Shown here one piece after another: positions 60,600 to 64,000 of a DNA stretch of 64,000 nucleotides. Numbering within the stretch: the stretch's first letter is position 1; every line of letters begins with the position of its first letter. The notes beneath the pieces are model-generated. The model was given only the letters and a program-made list of their open reading frames with translations, had not been told where the DNA came from and searched no databases. Source of the stretch: Podospora anserina (lineage: Eukaryota). The stretch covers positions 1,116,001 through 1,180,000 of the forward strand of contig JAFMPO010000001.1 in assembly GCA_017654855.1 (NCBI GenBank). The letters run 5' to 3'. The position numbers and the translations under genes are program-made.

Positions 60600-62279
60600 T
60601 CAACACAAGGAATTAACTATAATTACATCAGAAACAGCTGAATCTGAGGCATCTGCAGCTTCCTGGCAAGTGCGCGCATTATGGCCAGGCTTGCCGCACA
60701 CACTACAGCACTGAACCTTCGTACGAGCCCCCCCTGCATTACTACTATCCGGCTGCGTTTCTTGCACTCCCTCCTTATCCACGGCCTTCTGATCCAATAG
60801 ATCCTGTGCCTCTTGTATAGTAAGTGACCCTCCAAGCCTTACACGTGTTTTTTTAGCTCTCCGGCGCTTGCTTAGTGCCTCATTAGCCTTACGGAGCGAA
60901 GAGACCTCTGCACGAAGGAGAGCCACCTAGTACATTATAGCCGTTATACCTTTAGCAAGCTGGTCTATTATAGCCAGTATTGAAATCGGGGAGCTATTTT
61001 GATGGTTAGTAATACGAGTTTTAATAAGCGTTAATTGTGAATTAGCTTCTCGAGGGTTGTATAGTGTCTGGGAGACCCAAGGTTATATAGTGCCGGGCCG
61101 TGAGTTTGGAGGTATTAGCGTACGAAGCTTCATATCCAGCTTAGAAAGCACCCTCTCTAGATCGTACAGTATAAAGCCAGCGCCCGCAAAGCCACCCTAT
61201 ATATTCTTCTCTATTATAGAGACGAAGAAGGCCTCGCGGAAGGCACAGAGGAACTCGAACTTACTTATATAGTTAATATATATACGTATTAAATCTTCGA
61301 TCTAGCGACCGTACGCCTATTTTAGCGGCCCAAAGCAGCTAATATCGAGTGGCTAGAGGAGGTAGGAGGAGTATAGAGGTATATAGAGCGTAATAATATT
61401 CTTCTACTAGCAGTAACGCTCGAATTCGGTCGAGTAATAACTTTCGTGGCTATCGAGGATTAATAACCGATATTTACCTTTTATACGGGACGCTATATAA
61501 TAGTCGAAGTACTTAATCTAATCTAAGCCTACCGGATTAATAATTTATTTATTATCGGTAATTACAATACGCTAAATAAATAATAAATTATACTTAGTAT
61601 ATTAGTTAGTAAGGTAGTACTATACGGCTAAAATAATAAAGGGAGGGATAGCCTAGCCGAAGGTATTAACTTCCTAGATTACCGTTACCTATTCGCGATT
61701 ACTAGGCTGGGCTAGTTTTGCCTTACTAAAGCCGTCCGAAGTCGTAACTACTATACCCGCGAAGATAATACCTATTATAAACCCAGTCTCGTCGAAGTTA
61801 TAGATATCGTTATCTATAATACCGTACTTGGCCTTAGTGTTCCGTATAAGCGCAAACCACTCGGCAATAACCTTTAGATCCTCGCACTTAGCCCTCTAGT
61901 AGTCGTATCTACGCGTAAAACGCGTATAGAGCTATGGCTAGCGTTTAACGAAGTTGTGTGCCCAGAGCTTGCCAACAGGGGGCGCGTCGCGTACGCGTAG
62001 CAGTTAGTTAGCTATATCTTCCACACCACGTAATCTTAGTGGAAAAGCTCGCGCACATAGCTCAATAATGTATTAAACAATAGCATCCTCTTCGGATTAA
62101 GTAAGCTTCTTCGATTTGGGCGTGGTATCGCGTCGTGCAGGCCGGCCAGCGCGTCGTCGTAAGAGAGTCGTATGGTGGACGTTGTAGATCTTTCCCGCGG
62201 CTCGGAGGCTGAGATTTTTATCTTTTTCAAGAGCTTCGAGGGCTAAGATCACCCTGGCTTCCTTTAAAGTAGAAGGCAT
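60600..62279 (-). pseudogene. DDE transposase riddled with RIP-type stop codons
   Basis: ATG at 62279 (MPSTLKEARVILAL...LRAAGKIYNVHHTTL) is in the same frame as the C-terminal CSVCGKPGHNARTC...NSLC (560 codons). The centre has many TAA/TAG codons and high TpA. Confidence 0.9.
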
Positions 62280-62333
62280 ATTGGGTTGTGTAGAAAAAGT
62301 CGATATTGGGTAGAAGGATAGTGCGTCGCTTAA

Positions 62334-62379
62334 AAAGTGGTGCACTCGCTTATATGGTGCACTCGCTTATAATGTACGT
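62334..62379 (-). repeat. Right terminal inverted repeat
   Basis: Exact reverse complement of 60517-60562. Confidence 0.95.
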
Positions 62380-63670
62380 TAATCGTGTTATCGGGATCAC
62401 CCACAAAGGCAATAGTACATATGGGAGATTGGAACGTCGTCCGTATCCTATGGAACCATGAGAGAGAGGACTTGGAGAAAGATATAGCTCCTCTTCTCTT
62501 CGTGAAAGAATATACCCAAATACCGTCGCCGGATGTCATCTCCTACGATAGTACTCCCGACAACGTGCTGGAGTCGCCATATGTTATCAAAAGCAGGGTC
62601 CGGGGAGTGAATGCACACAAGGCTCTCATCGATTAGGACGAAGCGCAGAAGATTACTCACGAGGGATGGTGCAAGCTGGCCTACGAGCTTGGGAAGGTCG
62701 TCAACCAGATGCTTTCGATCCTCAACAACAAGCATGGCCAGCTCGTGCTAGATTCATCTAGTTCAAAAAATGTCTTCATCGCGCCTCTACAAACAGCTAC
62801 TGGCGACCCGCCCGAAGTCCGCCGTCTCGATAGTTCGTCTCCCCCGGAGGACACCGCCCGCTCTCTACTTCCACGACTATGCTATTACAAAAAAGTGTTA
62901 AATTTGGAAAAAGATCCAGAGAATACCTACGATCAAATAGAGGGTTTGGCACGAGTGGCTACCGATATGGGGGAAGCAGACCACCTCAATGACATTCCTC
63001 ACACCTTCTGCCACTGGGACCTTTTCCTGCGCAACATATTGATCTCGGTCAACCCATCCACATATGAACCCAAGATAGAAGGGATTCTTGACTGGGACTC
63101 GGCTCTATTTGCGCCTGCCTTTATGATCTGTGAGCCCCCCGCGTATCTGTGGAACAGCAAGTTGCGCGAGGAAGCAGCAGACGAAGAGTGTGAGGACTGG
63201 CATATCGACTTCACCTTTGACCCTATCACCGAGGAAGACAAGAAGGTCAAGAGAGTATTTGAAGAGGCCGCTGGGGAGGAGTACGTGCGCTTTGCATACA
63301 ACCCAGTGTATCCTCTGGCTCGCCGACTGTTTCAATTTGGTATGACAGGTATCCACGGAAATGTAGCAGATGCCGAATCCGACAAGCTGTTGGAATACTG
63401 GGAAACCCTCAACAAAACAACGAAACAGGCTGCTGGCAGGTTCACAGAAAGCATGGAGAGCGTGGACATGGAGCCTACTCATCAGCAACCTGATCATCCC
63501 TCATCGGAGGAGACAGCCTCAAACTCCGAAGCAGGGCCAAAAAGGTGGCTGAGAAGAGTCAAGGAGAGGCTCCAGCGTTTCATTAGCATATGAACTCCTT
63601 AGTATGAAGTCTGAGAGGGGAGCTGTTAGTTGATACTGGGAATAAAAATCTTGTAAAAGCAAAAAGTGAA

Positions 63671-63780
63671 TGATGAGAGTGGGATTCGAACCCACGCCCT
63701 TTCGGACCACGGAATCTGCTAGGAGATATTGATTAAGGAATACCTTAACGTGGCGCCTTAGACCGCTCGGCCATCTCACC
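63671..63780 (-). tRNA. tRNA-Leu(AAG) with a 30-nt intron (63713-63742)
   Basis: Acceptor GGTGAGA/TCTCATC, A-box TGGCCGAGCGG, anticodon stem CCACG/CGTGG with TT-AAG-G, variable arm, B-box GGTTCGAATCC and a downstream T5 Pol III terminator. The intron contains CCTTAA, complementary to the anticodon loop. Confidence 0.95.
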
Positions 63781-64000
63781 TTCTAATTTCTTGAAGTGGC
63801 TGCGAGAACTTTCTATCCAAGACGAGAAATGGTCCTGCTGCTAGGTTGACTTGAAGATAATTTTTCTTCCACTGCGCCGCAGCGTTACACCGCGCAATGC
63901 ACGCCAAGAAGCACTTGCCGGGGTGTTCTCCGCATCAACATCCCCGCACGAACCCCCAATTGCTCCAATCTGCAGGACGGCAGGGGTTCAGTCGGACGTG

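Larger units (their letters stand above)
60517..62379 (-). mobile_element. Full-length Fot1/Pot2 (pogo-like Tc1/mariner) DNA transposon, RIP-inactivated
   Basis: 1863 bp with 46-bp TIRs starting ACGT and TA duplications at 60515-60516 and 62380-62381. The internal transposase has an N-terminal HTH and a C-terminal CCHC knuckle. Confidence 0.95.
60249..63593 (+). pseudogene. APH-family phosphotransferase gene disrupted by a transposon, a frameshift and a stop
   Basis: Removing the element and one TA restores LGNGSYNRVIGIT. Downstream are IPSPDVISYD, HWDLFLRNIL and ILDWDSA. Frameshift near 62410-62430 and in-frame TAG at 62634-62636. Confidence 0.85.

Noticed and set aside
63519-63779. 86-aa minus-strand ORF
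   Set aside because: Translation of the tRNA-Leu gene and its flank.

Overview
Gene-dense, intron-containing DNA from a filamentous ascomycete. The GT-AG introns with CTRAC branch sites, the RIP-type mutations and the CHS2 intein point to Sordariales, probably Podospora; the taxon is inferred. The left ~48 kb is largely housekeeping: sulfite reductase beta subunit (5'-truncated), a chitin synthase, a soluble tandem ABC ATPase, UMP1, a CaaX ubiquitin-fold protein, an OPT transporter, a kinesin, a sterol C24-methyltransferase, a phenol 2-monooxygenase and a hybrid histidine kinase. The standout is a 649-aa intein (7064-9010, minus strand) in the chitin synthase catalytic domain. It has a LAGLIDADG endonuclease whose first motif has Asn instead of Asp, and an unexplained ~205-aa insertion bracketed by cysteines. 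Also notable are a HeLo/SesA-like plus LMW-PTP-like pseudophosphatase fusion, a secreted three-module Cys-rich protein with an intron at the same position in each module, and long stop-free 3n intron candidates in the chitin synthase and kinesin genes. The right ~15 kb looks like a decaying accessory block ending at an intron-containing tRNA-Leu(AAG). It holds a frameshifted CYP505, a nonsense-interrupted membrane-protein gene, a GMC oxidoreductase and two phosphotransferase pseudogenes, one split by a full-length RIP-mutated Fot1/Pot2-type transposon (46-bp TIRs, TA target duplication). All calls come from reading the sequence by eye; no searches were run.
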